Assembly (NCBI GenBank): GCA_039698055.1
Contig: JBDKTL010000019.1
Location: 1 to 46,608 of the forward strand
Direction of reading: 5' to 3'
Source: Methanoregula sp.
GTDB taxonomy: Archaea > Halobacteriota > Methanomicrobia > Methanomicrobiales > Methanospirillaceae
DNA: 46,608 nt
The position numbers and the translations under genes were made by a program. Position 1 is the first letter of the stretch; each line of letters starts with the position of its first letter. Positions 9,771 to 18,350 of the stretch are shown here, piece by piece. The notes beneath the pieces were generated by a model. It saw nothing but the letters and a program-made list of their open reading frames with translations. It searched no databases and was not told where the DNA came from.

Positions 9771-10253
9771 GTGAAGATGGACATTGAAATCCTCCATGGA
9801 CTGCCATTGAGCCGATTCATCGCGATCCTTGTCGGGATTTCACTGGTTATCTGTGCCAGTCTTTTGATCATATTTCTTGGAACCATTACCCATAACACAT
9901 CACCCGTAACCTCCGGTTCCGGATGGGTTCTTGAATCCTATGCCGATGCCACGGGAATCCTTGTCCCGGTAATAACGGGCACAAACATCACCGTCAGGTT
10001 TGGCAGCGATGCAAATATCACCGGAACATCCGGCTGCAACCGGTACGTTGCGGCATACCTTGTGAAGGGAAACCTGGTTGCCATAACGCCCCCGATTTCA
10101 ACCAAGATGTCCTGCACGCAACCGGGCATTATGCAACAGGAAAATGCCTATCTTGCAAATCTCCCCAAAGCCACATCCATCCAGCAGGCTGCCGGCGAGA
10201 TGAAACTCCTGGACAGCAACAAAAAGATACTGTTAAAATTCCGTCCGGAATAA
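9771..10253 (+). CDS. META/HslJ domain membrane-anchored protein (paralog 1)
   Basis: N-terminal TM; GTSGCNRY, STKMSC, MQQENAYL. Confidence 0.85.
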   Translation: MKMDIEILHGLPLSRFIAILVGISLVICASLLIIFLGTITHNTSPVTSGSGWVLESYADATGILVPVITGTNITVRFGSDANITGTSGCNRYVAAYLVKGNLVAITPPISTKMSCTQPGIMQQENAYLANLPKATSIQQAAGEMKLLDSNKKILLKFRPE

Positions 10254-10539
10254 TCTCACCCGGGAATTCCGCACCATTTTAATATTTTTCTGGCATGCGA
10301 TCGCGATACCGGGAAAAAAAGGGGATCTGAACCAGATTTCCGGGAAAAATCCAGCAATCGCCGGGCACACCATGATGCAGCGTATTTTTATTTTTAAGAA
10401 AAAAGTATAATACGCCGCCATGCATATCACACGATCATTCCGAGAAGACAGGGCGCAGATCAAACAGTATCCGTCATGGTTGCGCAACCATGAATCGATA
10501 TGAACAGGGGAATATGTTTCAGACAAAACAGGTCATTGT

Positions 10540-10887
10540 ATGACGGGGAATAAGATTCTTACCTTACTGCAGGAGATTATCGATAATATTGTACGGATCG
10601 AGACCATTACCAAAAAAATTACGTACGAAAAATTCCTGGAAGATGACGAAACGTACCTTGCCACCATTGAAATGATTGAAAAAATATCCGCTGCGGGAAA
10701 AGATGTCCCTACCATCGTGCGGGTCCGGTACTCCCTGATTCCCTGGAACGAGATCTCCGGGCTTCGGCAGGCTGTGAATCATGGGAACCTTGGCACGGAT
10801 CCGGTGAAAGTGTGGTCGGTGGCAACAGATTATCTCCAGGTCTTAAAACCGCAGCTGGAGCAGATGATCGAAGAGTATTGCCGGTGA
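10540..10887 (+). CDS. HEPN / DUF86 (HepT-like) protein, divergent
   Basis: 115 aa; YEKFLED, IPWNEISGLRQAVNH (R-x4-H) and VW...LKPQLE, typical of DUF86. Confidence 0.75.
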   Translation: MTGNKILTLLQEIIDNIVRIETITKKITYEKFLEDDETYLATIEMIEKISAAGKDVPTIVRVRYSLIPWNEISGLRQAVNHGNLGTDPVKVWSVATDYLQVLKPQLEQMIEEYCR

Positions 10888-11039
10888 TTCTCCCGCCATA
10901 AGCCCGGCCGATTATTTTTTTACCAACGCCGCACCGGACTATTTCCACCCGGGAATCTGATGTGCCGCAACCATTCATAAAAAGCTGTTTAATACCCTGA
11001 CCGCATTCAATTATACGTAAAAACCGGAGAGTGGGCACG

Positions 11040-11558
11040 ATGGATGACCAGCCAGAAATACAACCGGACGACACCCTCGAGTTACCCGAAGAAATCCCAA
11101 AACCCACACCTATGGGCCGGAATTTTTACCTGGTGATGGCATTGATCGCCATCCTGGTTATTTTGATCCTGTTTCTCAATATCCCGGGTACGAAAGCCTC
11201 TGCTGCAACAACGCTTACCCGGTCAGACTGGACGGTGCAGTCGTATGCAGATTCCTCGGGCACCCTTGTCAGCGTGAAAAACGGATCATCCATCACCGCA
11301 CGGTTCGATTCCCACGGGAAAGTGACCGGTACATCCGGCTGTAATTCCTATGCAGCGTTATATACCGTAAAGGATTATTCACTCGTCGTCACATCACTGG
11401 CGACCACGGAGATGTATTGTCTTTCTGCAGGTGTCATGGATCAGGAATCAGCATATATTGCCGATCTGGAAAATTCGACCAGCATCCGGATTCGCTCTAA
11501 CGATCTGTACCTGTACGATGCCAAGGGAAATCAGAGAATAATCTTTCAGTCAACCTGA
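11040..11558 (+). CDS. META/HslJ domain membrane-anchored protein (paralog 2)
   Basis: TM segment; GTSGCNSY, TTEMYC, MDQESAYI; collinear with 9771-10253. Alternative GTG start at 11031. Confidence 0.85.
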   Translation: MDDQPEIQPDDTLELPEEIPKPTPMGRNFYLVMALIAILVILILFLNIPGTKASAATTLTRSDWTVQSYADSSGTLVSVKNGSSITARFDSHGKVTGTSGCNSYAALYTVKDYSLVVTSLATTEMYCLSAGVMDQESAYIADLENSTSIRIRSNDLYLYDAKGNQRIIFQST

Positions 11559-11789
11559 CACCTGATCCCCGGATAGTTTGTCTGCTGACAGAATTTTATG
11601 GATCAACGGGTGAATGTGGGGTTCCCGGTAATTTTTTTTGGATCGGGTAATCTCATACCTGCTTTTTTACCTGTCCGGAAAAAATTTTTACCGGATTTTC
11701 TTCCGTGGCTTGGGAAGTTCCTAAAAAACACTATCCATCAAAGATTTAACCGTTATTAACATATCAGAAAACAAGACGGTTAGCCATCC

Positions 11790-13145
11790 ATGGAAGATAC
11801 CTATCTTATTGAGGTCCGGCTGGCCCGGACACGGTGGACGATTAAAAAAAATAATTCTCTGATCGCACGGACGTACAATGTCCTGCATTTCATGGAGCGC
11901 CACCCCCATATCACGCTCTATGGGCCATTTTCCCTCAATGAAGGTATTTCCCCCGTCCAAATCCTTGACCATATCGGGGAAATTGCCGGTAACTACGATC
12001 CCCTGTTGTTTTCTATCGGTAGTTGGGAGAAACGGGAGGGTATGCATGGCAGCGTTATCGCATATTCCGTCACCCCGTCCGAAGCGTTGAAGAAAATTAC
12101 CCACGAGATCGCCGGTGCATGCATCCCTTTATCCACCAGCATGAATGCGTGGGACGGGCAACCGGATGAAAAATGGTTCCACATCACGGTGGCAAATTTC
12201 CTAAAAAAGAAAAAAGCTGAAGAAATTTTTACCGGGCTCTCCCGTACAGCAGATGTGCCGGCCCGTGAAAAACCGGCCACGGGAATCCATGCCCGGGTAC
12301 ACGATCTTCTCCGGCAGGTGCGGTTCTGGAGAAAAGAATCCCCGGTTTCTCCCGTGCTTCTTGACGATGCAGGGCTGCGGATCACCATCATGAATGGCGA
12401 TGGGATCCTCGGAGAATATGACCTTCTCCAGAAACGGTGGCTCCCGGATAAAGAAATTCGTGACGAGCGGTCATGGCAGCAGTCCATGGAGCTGTACCGG
12501 CGGTCTGCGGGTTTTGAATATACCGACCCGGTGCTGTCGCCCCAAAAAAACTGCTTCCTCATTGCCGACCTGCATCTTGGCCATGCAAATATTATCCATT
12601 ACTGCTCACGGCCATTCGTGTTTTTTGATCCGGACGAGATGGATCATGTCCTCATCAAAAACTGGAATTACACGGTATCCGCACAGGACACGGTATACTA
12701 TCTTGGCGATTTGCGATATGGCCGCCACGAACTGCCGGACGGGCACTATAAGAAAAAACTCAAAGGCCACATCACCTTTATCAGGGGAAATCATGATGAA
12801 CATGACCTTGGGGCTAGCCCGTCTGAAATAATCGACTACGAAGGCTACCGGTTCCTTCTCGTCCACGATCCTGCCGATGCTCCACCGGCATTTGACAGCT
12901 GGGTGATACACGGGCATCATCACAACAATGATCTCCGGCGTTACCCGTTCATCTGTTTCTCCAAAAAACGAATAAATGTCAGCGCAGAAGTGGTGGGATA
13001 TTCCCCGGTAAGCCTGGGAGAACTGGTCCGGATCATCAAAGCCCGCGAATCTGACGGCAACCTGACTCCCATCTTCCTCCGGTATCCCTCCGTTTTTTCA
13101 CCATCGCCCGCAGTCGTTATGACACCGGCCGATCCTCATCCATAA
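11790..13145 (+). CDS. Fusion of a 2H phosphoesterase (2'-5' RNA ligase-like) and a calcineurin-like metallophosphoesterase
   Basis: Two HxT motifs (PHITL, FHITV) in the N-half; DLHLGH, LGD, GNHD, HDP, HGHHH in the C-half. Confidence 0.85.
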   Translation: MEDTYLIEVRLARTRWTIKKNNSLIARTYNVLHFMERHPHITLYGPFSLNEGISPVQILDHIGEIAGNYDPLLFSIGSWEKREGMHGSVIAYSVTPSEALKKITHEIAGACIPLSTSMNAWDGQPDEKWFHITVANFLKKKKAEEIFTGLSRTADVPAREKPATGIHARVHDLLRQVRFWRKESPVSPVLLDDAGLRITIMNGDGILGEYDLLQKRWLPDKEIRDERSWQQSMELYRRSAGFEYTDPVLSPQKNCFLIADLHLGHANIIHYCSRPFVFFDPDEMDHVLIKNWNYTVSAQDTVYYLGDLRYGRHELPDGHYKKKLKGHITFIRGNHDEHDLGASPSEIIDYEGYRFLLVHDPADAPPAFDSWVIHGHHHNNDLRRYPFICFSKKRINVSAEVVGYSPVSLGELVRIIKARESDGNLTPIFLRYPSVFSPSPAVVMTPADPHP

Positions 13146-13193
13146 CGTATTTACGACCGTGCGGCACAGTTTCCACGTAGTGGTGCCGTATCT

Positions 13194-14561
13194 ATGCTGT
13201 TTGAAAAAATTGTATCGGAAGGTATTGCGGCAAACTCCTACCTGATTGGATCGGGGGGGAAAGCCGCGGTCATCGATCCCCGGCGGGATTGTGGAATATA
13301 CCTTGAACATGCAGATCAAAACGGTCTGGAGATTACCCATATCTTTGAAACGCACCGGAACGAGGATTTCACTATCGGATCGATTGAACTTGCCGACCGG
13401 TGCGGTGCCGGTATTTACCATGGGCACGCGATGTCCTTTGCCTACGGGCAACCGGTGAAAGACGGGGACAGGTTCACCCTTGGCACGCTTGAACTCCGTG
13501 TCCTTGAAACACCGGGTCACACAAACGAGAGCATAACGCTTGTCCTCACGGATACGGATGTATCCCCGGAACCGTACATGGTCTTCTGCGGCGACACGAT
13601 TTTTGCCGGTGATATTGCCCGGACCGATTTTTACGGGAAGGAGCGCAATGCGGAAATGGCGGCAGCGATCTATGACAGCATCACGACAAAAATCCTGAGC
13701 CTGGGTGATGGAGTGATTCTCTGTCCGGCTCATGGTGCCGGGTCAATCTGCGGGGAAGAGATCGCCGATCACCCGTTCACGACATGCGGCTATGAAAAAC
13801 GCACCAATCCCCTGCTGGCGCTTGGCAGGGACGCATTTATCCGCCAGCGGATGACAGAGGCCCCCTATGTCCCGCCGTACTTCCGGCAGATGGAGACAAA
13901 CAACCTGAACGGGACCCGGCTCCCCCGCCCTGCACCGCGCCTGCAACCGCTCTCCATTGCCGAACTTAAAAAATATATTCTTACCGGTTGCCAGATCGTC
14001 GATATCCGCGCTCCCACCAGTTTTGCGGCCGGCCATATCCCGGGCAGCATCTCCATCTGGCGCGACGGCATCTCCGCTTTCATCGGCTGGTTTGTCGATT
14101 ATACCCACCCCATTGTCATTATCGATGATTTCAATGTCAGTCTCGATCCGGTTCTGCGCCAGTTCGTCCGGCTCGGGTACGATACGATTGCCGGTTGTCT
14201 GGCCGGAGGGTTTCCGGCATGGTTCCGGGCAGCGCAGGAAATTAACACCCACAAGACACTCACCGTGCAGGAGCTTAAAATCCACGTGGAGCATACGACA
14301 CCCTACCTGCTCGACGTGCGGGACGAGAAGAACTGGACGAGAGTCGGCCACATACGCGGGGCGCACCATATCTATGTCGGCGAACTTCCCGCGCACCTTG
14401 ATGAGATCCCGAAAAATGAACCGGTTGTCATCTACTGCGATTCCGGGTACAAGGGAAGCCTTGCGGCAAGTATCCTGTCCCGGAACCAGTACCGGGACAT
14501 AACAAATGTCCTTGGCGGAATGACGGCATGGAAGCAGGCAGGATTCAGGATAGAAAAATAA
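13194..14561 (+). CDS. MBL-fold hydrolase fused to two rhodanese domains (persulfide dioxygenase/CstB-like architecture)
   Basis: VIDPRRD, ETHRNEDF, TPGHT, GDTIF, PAHGAGSICG; rhodanese motifs GHIPGS, GHIRGA, YCDSGYKG, GGMTAW. Confidence 0.85.
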   Translation: MLFEKIVSEGIAANSYLIGSGGKAAVIDPRRDCGIYLEHADQNGLEITHIFETHRNEDFTIGSIELADRCGAGIYHGHAMSFAYGQPVKDGDRFTLGTLELRVLETPGHTNESITLVLTDTDVSPEPYMVFCGDTIFAGDIARTDFYGKERNAEMAAAIYDSITTKILSLGDGVILCPAHGAGSICGEEIADHPFTTCGYEKRTNPLLALGRDAFIRQRMTEAPYVPPYFRQMETNNLNGTRLPRPAPRLQPLSIAELKKYILTGCQIVDIRAPTSFAAGHIPGSISIWRDGISAFIGWFVDYTHPIVIIDDFNVSLDPVLRQFVRLGYDTIAGCLAGGFPAWFRAAQEINTHKTLTVQELKIHVEHTTPYLLDVRDEKNWTRVGHIRGAHHIYVGELPAHLDEIPKNEPVVIYCDSGYKGSLAASILSRNQYRDITNVLGGMTAWKQAGFRIEK

Positions 14562-14645
14562 TATTCTTTTAATTATTGGTGCAGGGCATCCATTGATTTA
14601 AAAAGATTTATCATGTCATGTCCGGAATCTGGATGGTGTGAGATT

Positions 14646-15122
14646 ATGGACATCATAAAGATCCCCAGGATGGAAAAAAAGGAATATGACCAGTTAATTG
14701 AGAAAGGTTATATCTGCCGGATTGCATTCCAGGGTGAAAAATACCCCTATATCGCACCATTTCTCTATGTTTTCGATGGCTCGTTTTTGTATTTCCTTTC
14801 CACAAAATACGGGAAGAAACTGGAATATTTCCGAAAAAGCCCCCATGTCTCGGTAGAGATCGAAAAATACACAAAAGATCTTTCGTCCTATACTTTTGTC
14901 ACGCTCCAGGGATATCTTGACGAAGTGCAGGACTCGATCGAGAAAAAGATCATCCGGGAAAAGTTTGTCGACCTGATCGTGGAACGTAAACTCTCCGGCA
15001 ATATCCTTGCGGCGCTCGGGCACTCCCCCACAGATCCTCCGTCGGCAATTGCAAAGGAAGAGCGATCCCTTGTCTGGAAACTGGTCGGTGTCCAGGATCT
15101 TGTCGCGCTAAAAAACATATAA
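14646..15122 (+). CDS. Pyridoxamine 5'-phosphate oxidase-like flavin-binding protein (NimA-like)
   Basis: ICRIAF...YPYIAPFLY...YFLSTKYGKKLEYFRKSPHVSVEI split-barrel pattern. Start 14646 or 14613. Confidence 0.75.
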   Translation: MDIIKIPRMEKKEYDQLIEKGYICRIAFQGEKYPYIAPFLYVFDGSFLYFLSTKYGKKLEYFRKSPHVSVEIEKYTKDLSSYTFVTLQGYLDEVQDSIEKKIIREKFVDLIVERKLSGNILAALGHSPTDPPSAIAKEERSLVWKLVGVQDLVALKNI

Positions 15123-15302
15123 ATTCGTTTTTTTGGCCGGGCTAATCCCTTGGTTCATTTTTTTAATATTCACCCAGCCATCCGGATTTACTAAATAAAG
15201 AGACAGCCATGCTGTATGAACCCAAAGATATTTTTAATTGCCCGACCGGATCCGGCAGCGGATGGGACGGGCATGCCGTTAGTTTTCTCTTGTTCGCTGT
15301 TT

Positions 15303-17462
15303 TTACCTGAGCAATTCACGCATAACAAAAGGATCGGTCACCGGTGCCAGGCAGGAATAATCCCGGCAGACATATGCGGTTGCTGTACCTTCCAGCATCG
15401 CCATCGGGCGTGTAAACGGGGCGAGGGTGGCAAGCTGTTCGCCCGCTGTTCCTCCTGAACGAAGAAGGGTGATCAGGGAAGGCCGGTATTCTGATCGCAG
15501 GACAGAGAGCATCGCTTCGGTATCTGCATGTCCCGGTTCACCGGCAATGACGACGTCTGGTTTTGGCCCCGTTGCAAGATCGAGCGCGGACAGGAACCAT
15601 GCTGACGCTGACGGTTGGGACGCGATATTCCCTGTGCAGAACTGCACCTGCAGCGATGTGCGGGTTTCAAAACCGTCCTGCCCGGTCATGCGCGAGAGCC
15701 GGAGCAGGTTTTCGAGCGCCACGGAATTGCAGGAAGGAACTGCGCCGTCATAGGTCTCCTTTTTTCGGGTAATGAGTTGCTCTGCCCGGTCGGAGATGGT
15801 GAAATAACCGCCATTGTCCGGGTCCCAGAAATGCGCAGTGAAATATTTGTCGAGTTCAAGCGCAACAGCGAAATACCGGGCATCGAATGTCGCATCGTAG
15901 AGGCAGAGCAGCGCATAAATGGTAAATGCGTAATCATCGGCAAATCCGCCGATTCCTGCCTGCCCCTTCCGGTACCGGTGCAGGAGCCCGCCATCGCCTG
16001 AACGCATGCGGGTAAGAATAAATTCCATCGCCCGGCAGGCTGCACCGGTATACGCTTTTTCCTCAAACACCGTGCCGGCCCGTGCAAGGGCGGCGCAGAA
16101 CAGGGCGTTCCAGTCAGTAAGGATCTTATCGTCACGTGCGGGCCGGGTCCGCAGGTTCCGGGCCGCAAACAGCCGGGCCCGGACCGATCCTGATTTTTCA
16201 TCGCGGAACGATGGAAGTGTGACGGAGTCTTTGTGGGGCATCGCACCCGGACCGGTAAGGTAAAGGATATTCCTGTCCGGGCCGGTTTCCCCGGTGCCGG
16301 AAGTATCGTTTGTGGGAATGTGGAATATTTTTGCAGCATATGCAGCGTCATCATCGCCAAGAATTTCTTTGAATTCGTCATATGTCCAGAGATAAAACGC
16401 ACCTTCACCTTCGGGGCTGTCTGCATCTTCTGCTGAAAAAAATGCAGCTTCCGGTGACAGCAGGTCCCTTGTCACATAGTCAATAATTTCCCCGGCAATC
16501 GTACGGTGATCAGGATTTTTTGTGGCCGCGTACGCCTCCGTGCATGCCATGACCATCAGCGCCTGGTCGTAGAGCATCTTTTCAAAATGCGGCACACGCC
16601 AGCGGCTGTCGGTCGAATACCGGTGTATCCCATAGCCGATATGGTCAAAAATTCCTCCTTTGCGGATCTCAAGAAGGGTTTTTTCTGCCATCAGCAGGGC
16701 ATGGGGATCACCGGTGCGATGCCAGTACCGGATGAGAAAAATGAGTGCATGGGGAGTGGGAAATTTTGGTGCGGTGCCAAACCCGCCGTACACCGGATCA
16801 AAGCGCACGGACAATTCTTCGTAGCCTTGTGTCAGGAGCGTGGTTTCGGCGGGCCGGGCAGATCCTGTTACCAGCGGTTCGGTCTCGCCCGAACGGGCAA
16901 CCTGTTCTGCTGACTGCTTGAGATCTTCATTTTTATCTCGCCAGAGTGTCTGTACCTGCGTGAGAATATCGGAAAGCCCGGCCATTCCCATCCGGCGTAC
17001 CGGTGGAAAATAGGTCCCGGCAAAAAAAGGTTTTTTATCCGGGGTCATGATGATGGTGAGCGGCCAGCCGCCCTGGCCCGTCATTTGCTGGCAGATGGAC
17101 ATATACACCGCATCGATATCGGGGCGTTCTTCCCGGTCCACTTTGATGCAGACACAGGTTTCGTTTAATTGCGCTGCAATTTTTCGGTCTTCAAAGGATT
17201 CATGCGCCATCACATGACACCAGTGACAGGTCGAATATCCGATGGAAAGAAAAATTGGCTTGTGTTCCTGTGCGGCGCGGACAAATGCGTCTTCTCCCCA
17301 CGGGTACCAGTCTACCGGATTGCGCGCATGCTGTAACAGGTAAGGGCTGGCTTCGTGAATCAACCGGTTCGGCAATTGCCAGTCCTGGTGCGGCGTGCCC
17401 TGCCGGGAAGGTGGTGAATTCTCCGGTTGCATACCAAGTTCATCTTCACCCGGCCATATCAT
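15303..17462 (-). CDS. Thioredoxin-domain protein YyaL/SSP411 (DUF255) family
   Basis: [62 protein letters not shown]. Confidence 0.95.
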   Translation of the reverse strand: MIWPGEDELGMQPENSPPSRQGTPHQDWQLPNRLIHEASPYLLQHARNPVDWYPWGEDAFVRAAQEHKPIFLSIGYSTCHWCHVMAHESFEDRKIAAQLNETCVCIKVDREERPDIDAVYMSICQQMTGQGGWPLTIIMTPDKKPFFAGTYFPPVRRMGMAGLSDILTQVQTLWRDKNEDLKQSAEQVARSGETEPLVTGSARPAETTLLTQGYEELSVRFDPVYGGFGTAPKFPTPHALIFLIRYWHRTGDPHALLMAEKTLLEIRKGGIFDHIGYGIHRYSTDSRWRVPHFEKMLYDQALMVMACTEAYAATKNPDHRTIAGEIIDYVTRDLLSPEAAFFSAEDADSPEGEGAFYLWTYDEFKEILGDDDAAYAAKIFHIPTNDTSGTGETGPDRNILYLTGPGAMPHKDSVTLPSFRDEKSGSVRARLFAARNLRTRPARDDKILTDWNALFCAALARAGTVFEEKAYTGAACRAMEFILTRMRSGDGGLLHRYRKGQAGIGGFADDYAFTIYALLCLYDATFDARYFAVALELDKYFTAHFWDPDNGGYFTISDRAEQLITRKKETYDGAVPSCNSVALENLLRLSRMTGQDGFETRTSLQVQFCTGNIASQPSASAWFLSALDLATGPKPDVVIAGEPGHADTEAMLSVLRSEYRPSLITLLRSGGTAGEQLATLAPFTRPMAMLEGTATAYVCRDYSCLAPVTDPFVMRELLR

Positions 17463-17533
17463 CCTATCACAACAGGCACCCGTGCCGCAGGCAGATCCTT
17501 TTTACCTCACGGACCGATTTTTCTTTGTACATC

Positions 17534-18265
17534 ATGGATTTTTCCCCGTCCCCGGCTCTTGTCACGTTTATTACGGTTATTGTCATGGTGGTCGCGGCGA
17601 TGGCGATTTCAAGAATCCTTGACCGGGTCTGGGCCCGGTCGTTTCCCATGCCCCTGTTCTATTACCTGGTGAGTGCACCCGGGGTCGTTGTCCATGAAAG
17701 TGCTCATATTGCGGGTTGCCTGCTGACGGGTGCAAAGATCAAAAAAGTAGTATTTTTTTCAGAGAAAGGCGGATCGGTCACATATCTGGCGCCACCCGTT
17801 CCGTGGCTGGGAAACCTGATCATCGGCACCGCTCCCCTTTTTTTCATTCCGCTGGTTCTTGCGGTAATTACCGGGATTTTTATGCAGTACGGCGGCTGCA
17901 TTCTCCCGGTAACATCTGTTTCGCTTACAACGCCCGATGCATTCTTCCTTCTGGTTACAACCCCGTTTTTTATCCTTTACCAGAACCTTATCGCACATTT
18001 CAACGGGTGGTTCCTGCTCTACCTCTATCTCACGGTCAGTCTTGTACTGTCGCTCGCGCCAAGCACGCAGGACCTGAAAAATGCTGCTGCCGGGCTTCTT
18101 GTCCTCACCGGGCTGGGGTTTGCGATTATTCTTATCGACATCCCTGCCACTACCGGGCTGCTGGTGGAATTCCTGCTCCTGATTTCGACGGGCTTGTTTA
18201 TCGGGCTGGGGTTTGAACTGATCGCGCTTATTGTCTCGCTGCCGCTCGCAGCGCTGCATCGCTAG
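17534..18265 (+). CDS. Membrane zinc metalloprotease-like protein (M50-like, HExxH)
   Basis: PGVVVHESAH, IGTAPL, APSTQD, multiple TMs; ATG at 17534 avoids overlap with the divergent gene. Confidence 0.7.
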   Translation: MDFSPSPALVTFITVIVMVVAAMAISRILDRVWARSFPMPLFYYLVSAPGVVVHESAHIAGCLLTGAKIKKVVFFSEKGGSVTYLAPPVPWLGNLIIGTAPLFFIPLVLAVITGIFMQYGGCILPVTSVSLTTPDAFFLLVTTPFFILYQNLIAHFNGWFLLYLYLTVSLVLSLAPSTQDLKNAAAGLLVLTGLGFAIILIDIPATTGLLVEFLLLISTGLFIGLGFELIALIVSLPLAALHR

Positions 18266-18350
18266 GCGGATGCCGGTGACAGTATTTTTTAATTTTTTTT
18301 CAGATCAGATCGGTATTAATTCCTTGCCGCAAGATACATACTGTTATCCA

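Noticed and set aside
13194-14561. Apyc1-like anti-defence nuclease paired with an Acb1-like 2H enzyme
   Set aside because: The MBL protein carries rhodanese domains and PDO/glyoxalase-II-type motifs, and the context is chromosomal rather than viral.
17255-17533. N-terminal extensions in the ORF track (also mutS from 18231, mutY-like from 22776, cbiG from 29055, hisH from 45036)
   Set aside because: They overlap neighbouring genes and lack family similarity; downstream ATGs were used instead.
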